A stretch of DNA of 20,000 bases from the IMG/VR virus record IMGVR_UViG_3300015373_000001, positions 57,818 to 77,817 of that record, one strand, 5' to 3'. Below the pieces are notes generated by a model. That model was not told the origin of the DNA. It saw nothing but the letters and a program-made list of their open reading frames with translations, and searched no databases. Origin of the DNA: an uncultured virus (IMG/VR IMGVR_UViG_3300015373_000001) (Duplodnaviria > Heunggongvirae > Uroviricota > Caudoviricetes). The position numbers and the translations under genes were made by a program. Positions 1 to 7,767 of this stretch are shown here, in pieces; position 1 is the stretch's first letter, and each line of letters begins with the position of its first letter.

Positions 1-476
1 TTGCAGTCGAGCATTCGGCGCGTCTCGTCCGTGTCAGTCAGCACCACGCCGTAGGCGTAGCCGTCGGTGATGGCGGTGATGCGGAAGGTCCGGCCGCGCG
101 TCAGAACGCCGTAGTTGGCCCACACATCGCCCACAACCACCGGGGCGCCCACGATTCGGCCGCGCGGGTCACGCTTCGGCGTCGGCGGCAGCGACCGCTG
201 CCATTGCTCGACCGCCGCAGCCAGATCGGCGGCCTCGTCGCCGGTCGGCATGGACAGGTGACGCAGCAGTTCATACAGGTCGTCGTAGGTCTCGTTGACG
301 CCGGGGCCAGCCACGATGGCGCGGCTGAACCCGGCGCTGGTGTAGAACACCTCGATGGTGAGGCCGTCGATGGTGGCGGCCAGGTAGTCGTCGCCGTCCG
401 GGCTGGGCAGCAGCACCGTGGCGGCGCCGTGCGCCTCCAGGTGCGCGCCCAGCTCGGCGGAGGTCATCGTCGTCAT
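1..476 (-). CDS. Hypothetical phage protein, 3' end runs off the window (MTTMTSAELGAHLEAHG...)
   Basis: Manual translation: ATG at 476, open to position 1, GC3-rich codons, directly follows the gene ending at 485. Not in the ORF track because it has no stop in the window. Confidence 0.75.
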   Translation of the reverse strand, partial: MTTMTSAELGAHLEAHGAATVLLPSPDGDDYLAATIDGLTIEVFYTSAGFSRAIVAGPGVNETYDDLYELLRHLSMPTGDEAADLAAAVEQWQRSLPPTPKRDPRGRIVGAPVVVGDVWANYGVLTRGRTFRITAITDGYAYGVVLTDTDETRRMLDC

Positions 477-484
477 GGCCGGGC

Positions 485-805
485 TCAGTTCCGGTGTCCG
501 CCGCGCCGGTGACCGGTCCGCAGGGCGTTGGCCAGCTCCTTCAGCGTGGTCGCGCTGCCCAGTTCGCATTCGGTGGCCACGCAGCCGTCGCGCATGAACC
601 GGCCGTCGATCTCGTCGAATGCGGCGGTGACCATGCGGTCGCAGCGCTCTCCGAGGTAGGCGTGGACGTACTTGACGCCGTCCTCGTATTCGATCTCCGT
701 TCGGGCGCCCTGCTTGGCGCACCAGTCGGCGAACATGCGCGGGATGGCGGAGTAGTCGTCGGGCAACGTCCGATCGATGATCGGGTGGGGCGGGTTGGTC
801 AGCAT
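485..805 (-). CDS. Hypothetical protein (106 aa, MLTNPPHP...), first gene behind repeat element P1
   Basis: Track ORF 485..868 re-started at ATG 805, which has AGGAGG 5 nt upstream. Confidence 0.75.
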   Translation of the reverse strand: MLTNPPHPIIDRTLPDDYSAIPRMFADWCAKQGARTEIEYEDGVKYVHAYLGERCDRMVTAAFDEIDGRFMRDGCVATECELGSATTLKELANALRTGHRRGGHRN

Positions 806-827
806 GGGTTCCTCCTGTGGGTGTCGG

Positions 828-877
828 GTCGCTCTCCAACACCCTTCCAACGTACACCCATTTAGCATCTACGTCCA
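828..877 (-). promoter_or_regulatory. Repeat promoter element P1: TGGACG-N17(GCTAAATG)-TACGTT...AGAGCGAC
   Basis: Matches the other copies. A second GCTAAATG box lies at 893-900. Confidence 0.75.
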
Positions 878-902
878 GCGTGGGCGGACAGCCATTTAGC
901 CC

Positions 903-1490
903 CTACTCGTCGCCGTCAAACCCCTGCTCCACCACATCACCCTCCACGACACCGGAGGCGCCCCCGTCGATCGCTGCCAGCTCAGCGTGCAACCGCTGCG
1001 CCAACTCCCCGATAGACGCTGAATGCTCCACCTGGATCGCGCCACCGCCCGGCCCGGACACCTCCGTAGGCTGCCGCCCCCAGCCGCGATCCCAGAACCG
1101 GCGAGCCAGGATCTCCAGACCGACCCGGCCATCCGCCGGGGCCGTCTGCTCCTCCTCCTCCACCGTCCCGTCAGGCTTCCGCCGTGTGACGCGCTTAACG
1201 ACGTAACCGCCCATTGCTGCTTTCATCACCGATCCGGCGACAACCCGCACTTCAAGCTCATCACGCGCCCGATAAAGATCCTGAAGGAACTGAACCTTCC
1301 AACTTGGGGCGTTGGGTTCTTCGGCTTCGTTGATCCAGTTGTAGAGGGTGCGTTCGCTGATGCCTGCGGCTCCGGCGGCGGCGTTGAAGGTGGCGCCTGC
1401 TCGGACGGCGTTGACGATGCGGTCGTGGATTTCGGGGGTGAGTTTGGAGCGTCGGCCGCCTGTGCGGCGTCGTGTGGGTGCGGTGTCCAT
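903..1490 (-). CDS. Terminase small subunit-like HTH protein
   Basis: N-terminal GRRSKLTPE...AAAGAAGISERTLYNW HTH, LARRF..GWG motif and EVSGPGGGAIQVEH tail, typical of phage TerS-like proteins. Confidence 0.65.
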   Translation of the reverse strand: MDTAPTRRRTGGRRSKLTPEIHDRIVNAVRAGATFNAAAGAAGISERTLYNWINEAEEPNAPSWKVQFLQDLYRARDELEVRVVAGSVMKAAMGGYVVKRVTRRKPDGTVEEEEQTAPADGRVGLEILARRFWDRGWGRQPTEVSGPGGGAIQVEHSASIGELAQRLHAELAAIDGGASGVVEGDVVEQGFDGDE

Positions 1491-1545
1491 AGTGGGGTCT
1501 ACGGTGACCGGGGGCTGGTGTTTGTGTCGCGTGGTGGCGTACAGG

Positions 1546-1582
1546 AACGCCCCCGGGTCCTGTGTGGGGCGCCGGGGGCGTT
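1546..1582 (-). terminator. Probable intrinsic terminator hairpin
   Basis: Perfect 11-bp inverted repeat AACGCCCCCGG / CCGGGGGCGTT just downstream of the stop at 1599. Confidence 0.55.
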
Positions 1583-1598
1583 GCTGGTGTGGGGGGGG

Positions 1599-2027
1599 TC
1601 AGGCGTCGTCGTCCTCGTTGTGCTGTTCGAGGAAGGTGGTGTAGGCGCACGCCTCCTTCCAGCGTTCGGCGGCTTCGATGTCGCCGACCATGCATTTCAG
1701 CAGTAGGTAGAGGTCGGGGAAGGCGTCTTCACCGGATGCGTCGTCGCTGGGGTCCAGGAGGGCGAAGGTGATCTCCCCGATGGAGGTGGGGATGGTGTCG
1801 GGGTTGATGTGCTCCTGGCTTGGGTCGTGCGGGCTCATCTCCCATGTGGTGCCGGTCGGCATGGCGGTGCTCTGGCGTGACCAGTTCAAGTAGGTGATCC
1901 ACCGTTCGGCTTGGTGGCGGAACGGAATGGGGCCGTAGCGCAGGGTGTCACGGCCGGGCCTGGTGATGACGACATCCGTCATAGGGTCGCCGGTGTGTGG
2001 GTTGATAGCGCGCGGGTCGTGGCTCAT
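1599..2027 (-). CDS. Hypothetical protein (142 aa)
   Basis: ORF track. ATGA overlap with the upstream 47-aa gene, AAGGAG RBS. Confidence 0.75.
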   Translation of the reverse strand: MSHDPRAINPHTGDPMTDVVITRPGRDTLRYGPIPFRHQAERWITYLNWSRQSTAMPTGTTWEMSPHDPSQEHINPDTIPTSIGEITFALLDPSDDASGEDAFPDLYLLLKCMVGDIEAAERWKEACAYTTFLEQHNEDDDA

Positions 2028-2167
2028 GACTGCTCCTTGATGGCGGCGCGGCGGCGGTCGCTGCGGGTGCGCAGGCGTTTGGTTCCGCGTGCGTGGCGTC
2101 CTGCTGCGTTGCTGGTGCGGAGTCCGGCCAGGCGGGCGCCGGTTGCGGTGGGGGCGGTGCGCTTCAT
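2024..2167 (-). CDS. Small Arg-rich protein (47 aa, MKRTAPTATGARLAGLRTSNAAGRHARGTKRLRTRSDRRRAAIKEQS)
   Basis: Manual translation. GAAAGGAAG RBS, stop overlaps the next start. Confidence 0.7.
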   Translation of the reverse strand: MKRTAPTATGARLAGLRTSNAAGRHARGTKRLRTRSDRRRAAIKEQS

Positions 2168-2188
2168 GGCCGGTCTTCCTTTCGTGGG

Positions 2189-2215
2189 GCCGCCCATCCG
2201 GAGCGGATGGGCGGC
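2189..2215. other. Intergenic 12-bp perfect hairpin
   Basis: GCCGCCCATCCG-gag-CGGATGGGCGGC between the stop at 2226 and the next RBS. No U-tract. Confidence 0.55.
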
Positions 2216-2225
2216 GGTGGTGCGG

Positions 2226-2840
2226 TCAGGCGAGAGAGAGTCCGTCTTCGGTGGACACTCCGCCGTAGAAGCGTCTGTCGAAGTAGTCGATCTGCGGCTC
2301 GCTGCCGTCGTGGTTGTAGGCGTTGGAGACGGCCTTCAGTTCTTTGGCCAGGGCGCGGAGGGCGTCAGTGGGCATGGCGCGCTCGTGGCCCCAGTCGTCG
2401 GTGACGGTGGTGAATCCCCACAGGTCGGGGATGTTCTTGACCGTGATTTCGATGCTTCCGCCGCCGCTGTAGTAGGAGGTGCGGACACTGAAGGTGATCT
2501 GGTCGGGGGCGTCGCCGATGGGGTCGATGACGGCGATGTCGCCGGGGACGGCCGGGGTTGTCTTGGCCAGTTTGCGGGCCAGGGCGAGGTCGGCGCGGAT
2601 CATTTTGGCGATCTCGGTGAGGGTCTTGCCGGTGGTGAGGTGGTACTTGTCGCCGTACCAGCGGTTGTAGAGGTTCCAGCCGCTTTCGCCGCCGTCGGTC
2701 TTGGCCTGGCCGTTGAGGAGGCGGGCGAGGGCGCGGGCGGCGTTGCTGCGTTCGCCGTCGCCGGTGGTCTTGCGCTCGATGATGGCGCGCAGGGTGGCGA
2801 TGCGGCGTTCGCGGCGGTCGGCCTTGGTGGTGGTGCTCAT
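2226..2840 (-). CDS. LPD29-like (polyvalent-protein-associated domain) protein, 204 aa
   Basis: Re-started at ATG 2840 with AGGAG RBS. Motifs IAKMIRADL, FSVRTSYYSGGGSI and YNHDGSEPQIDYFDRRFY resemble LPD29. N-terminal GERSNAARAL helix. Confidence 0.55.
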   Translation of the reverse strand: MSTTTKADRRERRIATLRAIIERKTTGDGERSNAARALARLLNGQAKTDGGESGWNLYNRWYGDKYHLTTGKTLTEIAKMIRADLALARKLAKTTPAVPGDIAVIDPIGDAPDQITFSVRTSYYSGGGSIEITVKNIPDLWGFTTVTDDWGHERAMPTDALRALAKELKAVSNAYNHDGSEPQIDYFDRRFYGGVSTEDGLSLA

Positions 2841-2859
2841 GTTCTGCTCCTGTACGTTG

Positions 2860-2908
2860 GTCGCTCTCCAACACCACCAACGTACAGTCATTTAGCGTCT
2901 CAGGTCAA
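2860..2908 (-). promoter_or_regulatory. Repeat promoter element P2: TTGACC-N18(GCTAAATG)-TACGTT...AGAGCGAC
   Basis: Near-consensus primary-sigma promoter. The -35 contains the TGA stop (2905-2907) of the upstream gene. Confidence 0.85.
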
Positions 2909-3621
2909 GGGGTTGGGGGGCGCAGCATCTTCGCGAACTCTGTCACCTGCTCATCCATCAGCGTGATCGTCAACAGCCGCCGATCGTTGATGTGCCGCAT
3001 GCGCACGGACACGACGAAGTCCAACGGTGCGTTCATCGCGGTGAAGAAGTCGGTGATGGTGTCGTAGTCGGCGCCGAACTTCTCCCGCACCTCCGCCTCT
3101 TCTGCCTCCCGGGCCTTCCTCGCTTCCGCGATCTCCGCCTTCGTCTTCGCGTCCTGCTCTGCCACGAGCGCCTGGTAGGCATCCGGCAGGATGACCCACA
3201 GTGCGCGGGCGTTCGGCTGGTGATACACAGCGCCGTACTTGCTCACCAGGAAGCCGAAGGTGTCCACAGTGAACCGCAGCGTCTGGTCGGACTCCCACTG
3301 GAAGTCGTAGCGGTCGGCGTCCGGTGCGTCCGGCGGCAGCGGCACCATCTGGTCCGTCAGGCTGCCGTCGATCTCGCTGCGCCAGATCATCACCTGCCCC
3401 GCTTTGCAGGCCGCCCTCAGCCACTCCAACGCCTTGTCCTGGTGGGTGTGCAGCGCGGACGCCAGGTAGCGGACGACATACTCCTGCCGGACGAACTCCG
3501 CTTCGCTGCCGTCGTCTGCTCTGATGCGGTGCGCGGGCCAGCCGTGCATGCCGTTCTTCGACGGCATCTCCCGCAGTGCGGCGGCCACCTCTTCGGGGGT
3601 CGCAGGGACACGCTTAGCCAT
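2905..3621 (-). CDS. Hypothetical protein (238 aa)
   Basis: ORF track. AGGAG RBS, coiled-coil-like segment in the C-terminal half. Confidence 0.8.
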   Translation of the reverse strand: MAKRVPATPEEVAAALREMPSKNGMHGWPAHRIRADDGSEAEFVRQEYVVRYLASALHTHQDKALEWLRAACKAGQVMIWRSEIDGSLTDQMVPLPPDAPDADRYDFQWESDQTLRFTVDTFGFLVSKYGAVYHQPNARALWVILPDAYQALVAEQDAKTKAEIAEARKAREAEEAEVREKFGADYDTITDFFTAMNAPLDFVVSVRMRHINDRRLLTITLMDEQVTEFAKMLRPPTP

Positions 3622-3907
3622 GGTCTTCTCCTGTCGCGCATTCGGGTGCGGTGGTGTGGAGTTCGCCGCAGGGGCACATGTGCAGGCCAGCCGCAGCCGC
3701 TTCTGTCGCCATCCGGTCCATCACGGCGGGATAGTGGCCCATGCGGTTTTGCGTCTTCAGTTCGAGCTTCAGCAGTCTGCACGTGTTGTCGTGGTTGAAT
3801 CCGAACTCCTCGCGGATCACCTGCCATTTGCCGAGCATTGGCCGGTCCGCGTCGTAGGCGGCCACCAGTTCCTCCAGAACCCTGGCGAGGTCTTCTCCGG
3901 CGCTCAT
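3614..3907 (-). CDS. Hypothetical protein (97 aa, MSAGEDLARV...) with C-terminal CPCG..H motif
   Basis: ATG 3907 overlaps the upstream stop (ATGA), GGAGG RBS. Confidence 0.7.
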   Translation of the reverse strand: MSAGEDLARVLEELVAAYDADRPMLGKWQVIREEFGFNHDNTCRLLKLELKTQNRMGHYPAVMDRMATEAAAAGLHMCPCGELHTTAPECATGEDHG

Positions 3908-4374
3908 CCCAGAACCTCCTTCAGGGCTTCGACTGCGGGAACCAAGGTGATGGTCCCATCGGGGTTGTGCGCGGCCACCATCCGGTCGGGCCGGTCCGGG
4001 AACGTGTGGATGTCGCCCCACCGGGAGGCGGGGATGCGACCGGGCAGGACATACCAGTGGACGGCCGCCTCCATGCCGCCGCCGTGGTGGATCAGGCTGT
4101 CACGGACATCGCGGCGCATCTTCGACAGGGCGGGCGGCCAGTCGAGCCAGCGGATCGCGGGCACGTTCACGGTGATCCGTACTTGCTTCTTGTCGTACAG
4201 CGACCCTTCCATGCCGTGGGAGACGTCGCCCAGGTCGGGCAGGTCTGTCAGCCACACCACCTGCGGTCCGGCGTTCGGGACGGTGCGGGAGAAGTTCGAC
4301 TCGGTCGGCCGGATCACCCCGTCTGCCTGGATCTTCGGCAGGTGGTACAGGCTGGTGAAGTGGTAGAGGGTCAC
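3904..4374 (-). CDS. Putative ADP-ribosyltransferase-fold protein (156 aa)
   Basis: LYHFTS..HLPKI...G.I.P followed by a VVWLT strand, resembling the first two conserved strands of ART/KptA/DarT-like folds. GTGA overlap. Confidence 0.45.
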   Translation of the reverse strand: MTLYHFTSLYHLPKIQADGVIRPTESNFSRTVPNAGPQVVWLTDLPDLGDVSHGMEGSLYDKKQVRITVNVPAIRWLDWPPALSKMRRDVRDSLIHHGGGMEAAVHWYVLPGRIPASRWGDIHTFPDRPDRMVAAHNPDGTITLVPAVEALKEVLG

Positions 4375-4763
4375 GACGCACCATCCTTCCCGCCCGAACC
4401 GGGCAGCAGGACGCCCAGGGGGGCCCTACGGCGCTCCGCACGGGTGCGGGCGGCCCCGACAGCACGGGCGGCGTCAGCGCGGCGCAGCGACTCGTACCGG
4501 TCCGGGCGAGCCACCCCGGCGTTGTCCACCCTGCGAGACAGGATGTGCAGGTAGGCGACCTCCGATTCGATCGTGACGGCTACCCGCCACGACAATTCGG
4601 CCCGGCCCGCCGGATCCGGCGCCGTCGCAGGGTCGGGGCGGGGGGAGGCGAACTCCCACGCGATGCACTCCTCCAGCCACGCGGCGTGCGCGGGCCGGTC
4701 GGCGGTCGCTTCGCGAAGCGCGGCAAGCCGCTCCTGGACGATCTCTTGATTTCTGTCGTTCAA
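4371..4763 (-). CDS. Hypothetical protein (~130 aa)
   Basis: 3' part of ORF 4371..4910. TTG at 4763 overlaps the upstream stop (TTGA). Confidence 0.6.
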   Translation of the reverse strand: MNDRNQEIVQERLAALREATADRPAHAAWLEECIAWEFASPRPDPATAPDPAGRAELSWRVAVTIESEVAYLHILSRRVDNAGVARPDRYESLRRADAARAVGAARTRAERRRAPLGVLLPGSGGKDGAS

Positions 4764-5608
4764 CGGATCTTCCCTGTCTCGGGGCAGATGGAGTCGAGGC
4801 GGTGCTGCTGACCGGTGAAGCGGGTGATGGTGGCGCGGCGGCCGAAGTTGTTGACGTGGACCACGTCGTAGGTCTCCAACGTCCCGGACACGGCGCCCTG
4901 CTGCCGCCATGTGGTCACGAGGTCGCGGGCTGACGCTTCGGTCAGGCCGAACTGTGCTGCGGTGCTGCCCCGGTCGGATTCCCAGCGCAGTTCGTAGGCA
5001 AGGTGATGCTCATGCCCCTCAGGAACGTAGGCGACCGGCTTCCGGTAAGGATACGGAGCGCCGACGGCCGGGACCGGCTTACCGTCCACCTCGTACGGCA
5101 TGACGCCGAACGAGCGGACCCAGCCGACCACCGGGTGATCAGGCAGGTACAGGAAGGTTCCGGTGACGACGCGCCTGGCGTGGTCGATCTTCACGTCCTT
5201 CGCGCGCAGCGCTTCCGCCGACATCGCAATGTCGCGCAGGCGCCGGTCGATCTCTTCCTGCGGCATGTCCCGGGACGGGGTGACGGTGTCGCGGGTGCCC
5301 ATCATGAACGAGCCTGCGATCTTGTATTCGGCGTGCCGGAAGTTGGCGGTCGCCTCGAATGCGAAACGGTTCTCCGCCCCGTACGGCATCCACGGGTAGA
5401 CGCTGACGTCAGGGTCGGTCCAGTAGGCGACGCCGCCACCCGTGCACGGCACGTACCTGTGCGGCAGCATCTCTGTCAGCTTCACCGACGGGGAACACGT
5501 GCGGGTCATCTCCCGCAGGTGGTGACCGAGGACGAAGGTGCAGGTGTCGTGGGCGTCGGCGATCTCCTGCATCGACACCGGCCTCTTGTCCAAGCTGTAG
5601 TGGCTCAT
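4760..5608 (-). CDS. Hypothetical protein (282 aa)
   Basis: ORF track. ATGA overlap, normal amino-acid composition. Confidence 0.8.
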   Translation of the reverse strand: MSHYSLDKRPVSMQEIADAHDTCTFVLGHHLREMTRTCSPSVKLTEMLPHRYVPCTGGGVAYWTDPDVSVYPWMPYGAENRFAFEATANFRHAEYKIAGSFMMGTRDTVTPSRDMPQEEIDRRLRDIAMSAEALRAKDVKIDHARRVVTGTFLYLPDHPVVGWVRSFGVMPYEVDGKPVPAVGAPYPYRKPVAYVPEGHEHHLAYELRWESDRGSTAAQFGLTEASARDLVTTWRQQGAVSGTLETYDVVHVNNFGRRATITRFTGQQHRLDSICPETGKIR

Positions 5609-5916
5609 GACGCCGCCTGTCGCAGGGCTGCCGCACGCTGGTCGATCAAGTACAGCAGGGTCTCGAACATGTCGAGGGTCATGGTCACGGCCGTCACCTC
5701 AAGTTTCGGGAGGCCGTCCGGGCGCGGACCGTACAGGTAGTCGATCAGGGAGGCGAACATGGCGCCGGTCAGGGTCAGCCCGGTCACGGTGCCGTCGATG
5801 CCGCGCTTCAGCTCGATCGGCTCGAACATGATGCGGGACGCGATTCTGCCGTTTACCGCGTACTGGCCGAACTCGTCGATCAGCTTGGCGGCACGTTCCT
5901 CGGTGGTGGTGTTCAT
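5605..5916 (-). CDS. Hypothetical protein (103 aa, MNTTTEERAAK...)
   Basis: Re-started at ATG 5916 with GAGGAG RBS. Confidence 0.75.
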   Translation of the reverse strand: MNTTTEERAAKLIDEFGQYAVNGRIASRIMFEPIELKRGIDGTVTGLTLTGAMFASLIDYLYGPRPDGLPKLEVTAVTMTLDMFETLLYLIDQRAAALRQAAS

Positions 5917-6005
5917 GGTCAGCTCCTCGTGAAGTAGTCGGCGACGGCGGTACGAACGGAGCGCATCGCCTGGTGCTTGTAGCGTCACCGTCAAGGCGCA
6001 GGAAA

Positions 6006-6033
6006 CGCCCCCGGACCACGAGATCCGAGGGCG
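6006..6033 (-). terminator. Probable intrinsic terminator
   Basis: Minus-strand CGCCCTCGGA-loop-TCCGGGGGCG followed by TTTCC, just after the stop at 6042. Confidence 0.6.
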
Positions 6034-6041
6034 CAGGCCGG

Positions 6042-6605
6042 TCAGCCGCACTGCATGAAGTGGACCTGCTCCAGGCCCTCCTCCAGCGGCCACAGGAAGC
6101 GGGCGCTGGCCGGGTCGTCCAGGGTGGCCGTCGGCTCGTCCCAGTCCTGGGACGGGTTGACGTACAGCCAGCCGTTCCGGGGGAGGGAGATGGTCCAGGC
6201 GTTGTCGGCGTGCTTCTCCATCACGATGTCGTCGTGCTGGCCGTCGCCGCCGTAGAACTTGCAGTCGCCGTGGCAGAGCTGGGCGGGGAAGTCGAACCGG
6301 GTCACCTTGTCGATGTGTCGGATGGCCGGATGGCTGAGGACAGAGTCGGCGAAGTTCACGTAGAACGCGGACGCGTACGGCTTCGCCGCCTCCTTGGCCT
6401 CGTCCATGGTGATGTGGAAGCTTTCGGCCTTCGAGGTGTCGAACATCTGCTTGGGCAGGTTGACCTTCAGTCGATAGCCGAACTGGAGGACGCGGTCGAT
6501 CTCGAAGGCGGCGAAGGCGCCGCCGACGCTACCGGTGGCGTTGTGCCGATCGTGGTTGTAGTGGGTCCAGTGGATGTCAACGTTCAGGGCGTTCGTGTCG
6601 GCCAT
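6042..6605 (-). CDS. Hypothetical protein (187 aa, MADTNALNVD...)
   Basis: Re-started at ATG 6605 with AGGAG RBS, behind element P3. Confidence 0.8.
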   Translation of the reverse strand: MADTNALNVDIHWTHYNHDRHNATGSVGGAFAAFEIDRVLQFGYRLKVNLPKQMFDTSKAESFHITMDEAKEAAKPYASAFYVNFADSVLSHPAIRHIDKVTRFDFPAQLCHGDCKFYGGDGQHDDIVMEKHADNAWTISLPRNGWLYVNPSQDWDEPTATLDDPASARFLWPLEEGLEQVHFMQCG

Positions 6606-6623
6606 GCCTACTCCTGGGTTCGG

Positions 6624-6670
6624 GTCGCTCTCAACCCCTTCAGTGTACATCCATTTAGCGTCTTTGGGGG
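6624..6670 (-). promoter_or_regulatory. Repeat promoter element P3: GCTAAATG-gatg-TACACT...AGAGCGAC, no recognisable -35
   Basis: Box, -10 and leader motif are conserved. The -35 position is C-rich. Confidence 0.7.
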
Positions 6671-6671
6671 G

Positions 6672-7037
6672 TTATTCGACGGGCGGATTTTCAATGATGC
6701 GGCGGGCGTAGCGGACCGCCTCCGGGATCCCCTCGTCCGGGTGGCGGAGAGAGTCGTAGATCTCGACCTGTTCGCGGTTGGGCCGATCGCGGGCGGCCAG
6801 AAGGGCGGCGACGGCCTCCTCCACTGAGGCGTGGTGGGTGGCCGGGCCGACAGCGAACAGGGGGGAGGCGTGGAAGGGGAGGCGGTCGTGGATGCCGGGT
6901 TCGCACAGGGCGTCTTGGTGACTGGTGTCCTCGTGCGGGGCGGGTGCCTTGTCGGGCCAGTAGCAGCCGAGGAGGGCGCCGTCTGCGTAGACGCTGCGTC
7001 CTTTGACGCGGAAAGGCTGGGTTGTGATGTCTGGCAT
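6672..7037 (-). CDS. Hypothetical protein (121 aa)
   Basis: ORF track. GGAG RBS, behind element P4. Confidence 0.75.
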   Translation of the reverse strand: MPDITTQPFRVKGRSVYADGALLGCYWPDKAPAPHEDTSHQDALCEPGIHDRLPFHASPLFAVGPATHHASVEEAVAALLAARDRPNREQVEIYDSLRHPDEGIPEAVRYARRIIENPPVE

Positions 7038-7062
7038 GGGCTTGCTCCGTGGTGCGTGTGGT

Positions 7063-7111
7063 GTCGCTCTTCAAGCCATGTCAGGCTACATGCATTTAGT
7101 GTTTCGGTGTA
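7063..7111 (-). promoter_or_regulatory. Repeat promoter element P4 (degenerate): TACACC-N17(ACTAAATG)-TAGCCT...AGAGCGAC
   Basis: One mismatch in the box, same geometry as the other copies. Confidence 0.65.
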
Positions 7112-7118
7112 GATGCCT

Positions 7119-7158
7119 GTGGGGCTCAACCGTGTCACGGTGACCGGTCAAGCCCCAC
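7119..7158 (-). terminator. Long imperfect hairpin closing the P5 cassette
   Basis: GTGGGGCT..ACCG.GTCA / TGAC.CGGT..AGCCCCAC just downstream of the stop at 7170. Confidence 0.5.
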
Positions 7159-7169
7159 GTCAGAGGTGT

Positions 7170-7451
7170 TCACGCTGAGTCGCTGCGCAGTGTCTCCAGG
7201 TAAGGGTTGTGCGGGCCGGGCTTGACGATGCCGGTCTCGCGGGCGTAGCGGACCCGGGCCAGTTCCCACGCCATCGACAGGGCGCCGGTGATGGATCGCG
7301 GGGAGTTGTGGGCCACATCGTCGATCAGCGCCGACAGGCGCTCCAGATCAGTCCGACTGGCGCGGGCGAGCTTGTTCAGTTCGGCTGTGCGGGGGTCGGA
7401 GGGGGTGCGGCCCCGGCGGGGGCCGAGGGTGAGTTCGCGGGCGCGGCTCAC
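7170..7451 (-). CDS. Hypothetical protein (93 aa, MSRARELTLG...)
   Basis: GTG 7451 overlaps the upstream stop (GTGA). Confidence 0.7.
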   Translation of the reverse strand: MSRARELTLGPRRGRTPSDPRTAELNKLARASRTDLERLSALIDDVAHNSPRSITGALSMAWELARVRYARETGIVKPGPHNPYLETLRSDSA

Positions 7452-7624
7452 CGGCCCGTCTCCCGCCGTACCGTCTTGATCACCATGATGACGACGAGGG
7501 CGGCCCAGTGGGCGGCGCACGTGGTCAGGGCCATCCAGGCGCCCAGTTCCGGGGTGATGACGCCGACGGCCATCAGGAGGGTGAAGACGGCCAGGAAGCC
7601 GAGCACGGACGCGGTGAACTTCAT
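7448..7624 (-). CDS. Small membrane protein (58 aa, two hydrophobic segments)
   Basis: MKFTASVLGFLAVFTLLMAVGVITPELGAWMALTTCAAHWAALVVIMVIK. ATGA overlap. Confidence 0.7.
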   Translation of the reverse strand: MKFTASVLGFLAVFTLLMAVGVITPELGAWMALTTCAAHWAALVVIMVIKTVRRETGR

Positions 7625-7698
7625 CGGCCGCTCGCCACCTTTACGGTGGCGTAGGCCAGGACGGCGCTGATCTGGATGACGATGACGGTGACGATCAT
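7621..7698 (-). CDS. Hydrophobic micropeptide (25 aa, MIVTVIVIQISAVLAYATVKVASGR)
   Basis: Manual translation. AGGAG RBS 6 nt upstream, first gene behind P5, stop overlaps the next ATG. Confidence 0.65.
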   Translation of the reverse strand: MIVTVIVIQISAVLAYATVKVASGR

Positions 7699-7718
7699 TT
7701 CTTACTCCTGTGGTGTTG

Positions 7719-7767
7719 GTCGCTCTCCAACACTCCAAAGATACAGTCATTTAGCGTCTCGGGTCAA
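7719..7767 (-). promoter_or_regulatory. Repeat promoter element P5: TTGACC-N18(GCTAAATG)-TATCTT...AGAGCGAC
   Basis: Near-consensus promoter. The -35 contains the folE stop codon (7764-7766). Confidence 0.85.

Noticed and set aside
7146..7151. TTGACC hexamer as another promoter copy
   Set aside because: No GCTAAATG box or TANNNT at 16-18 nt spacing. It is part of a hairpin arm.
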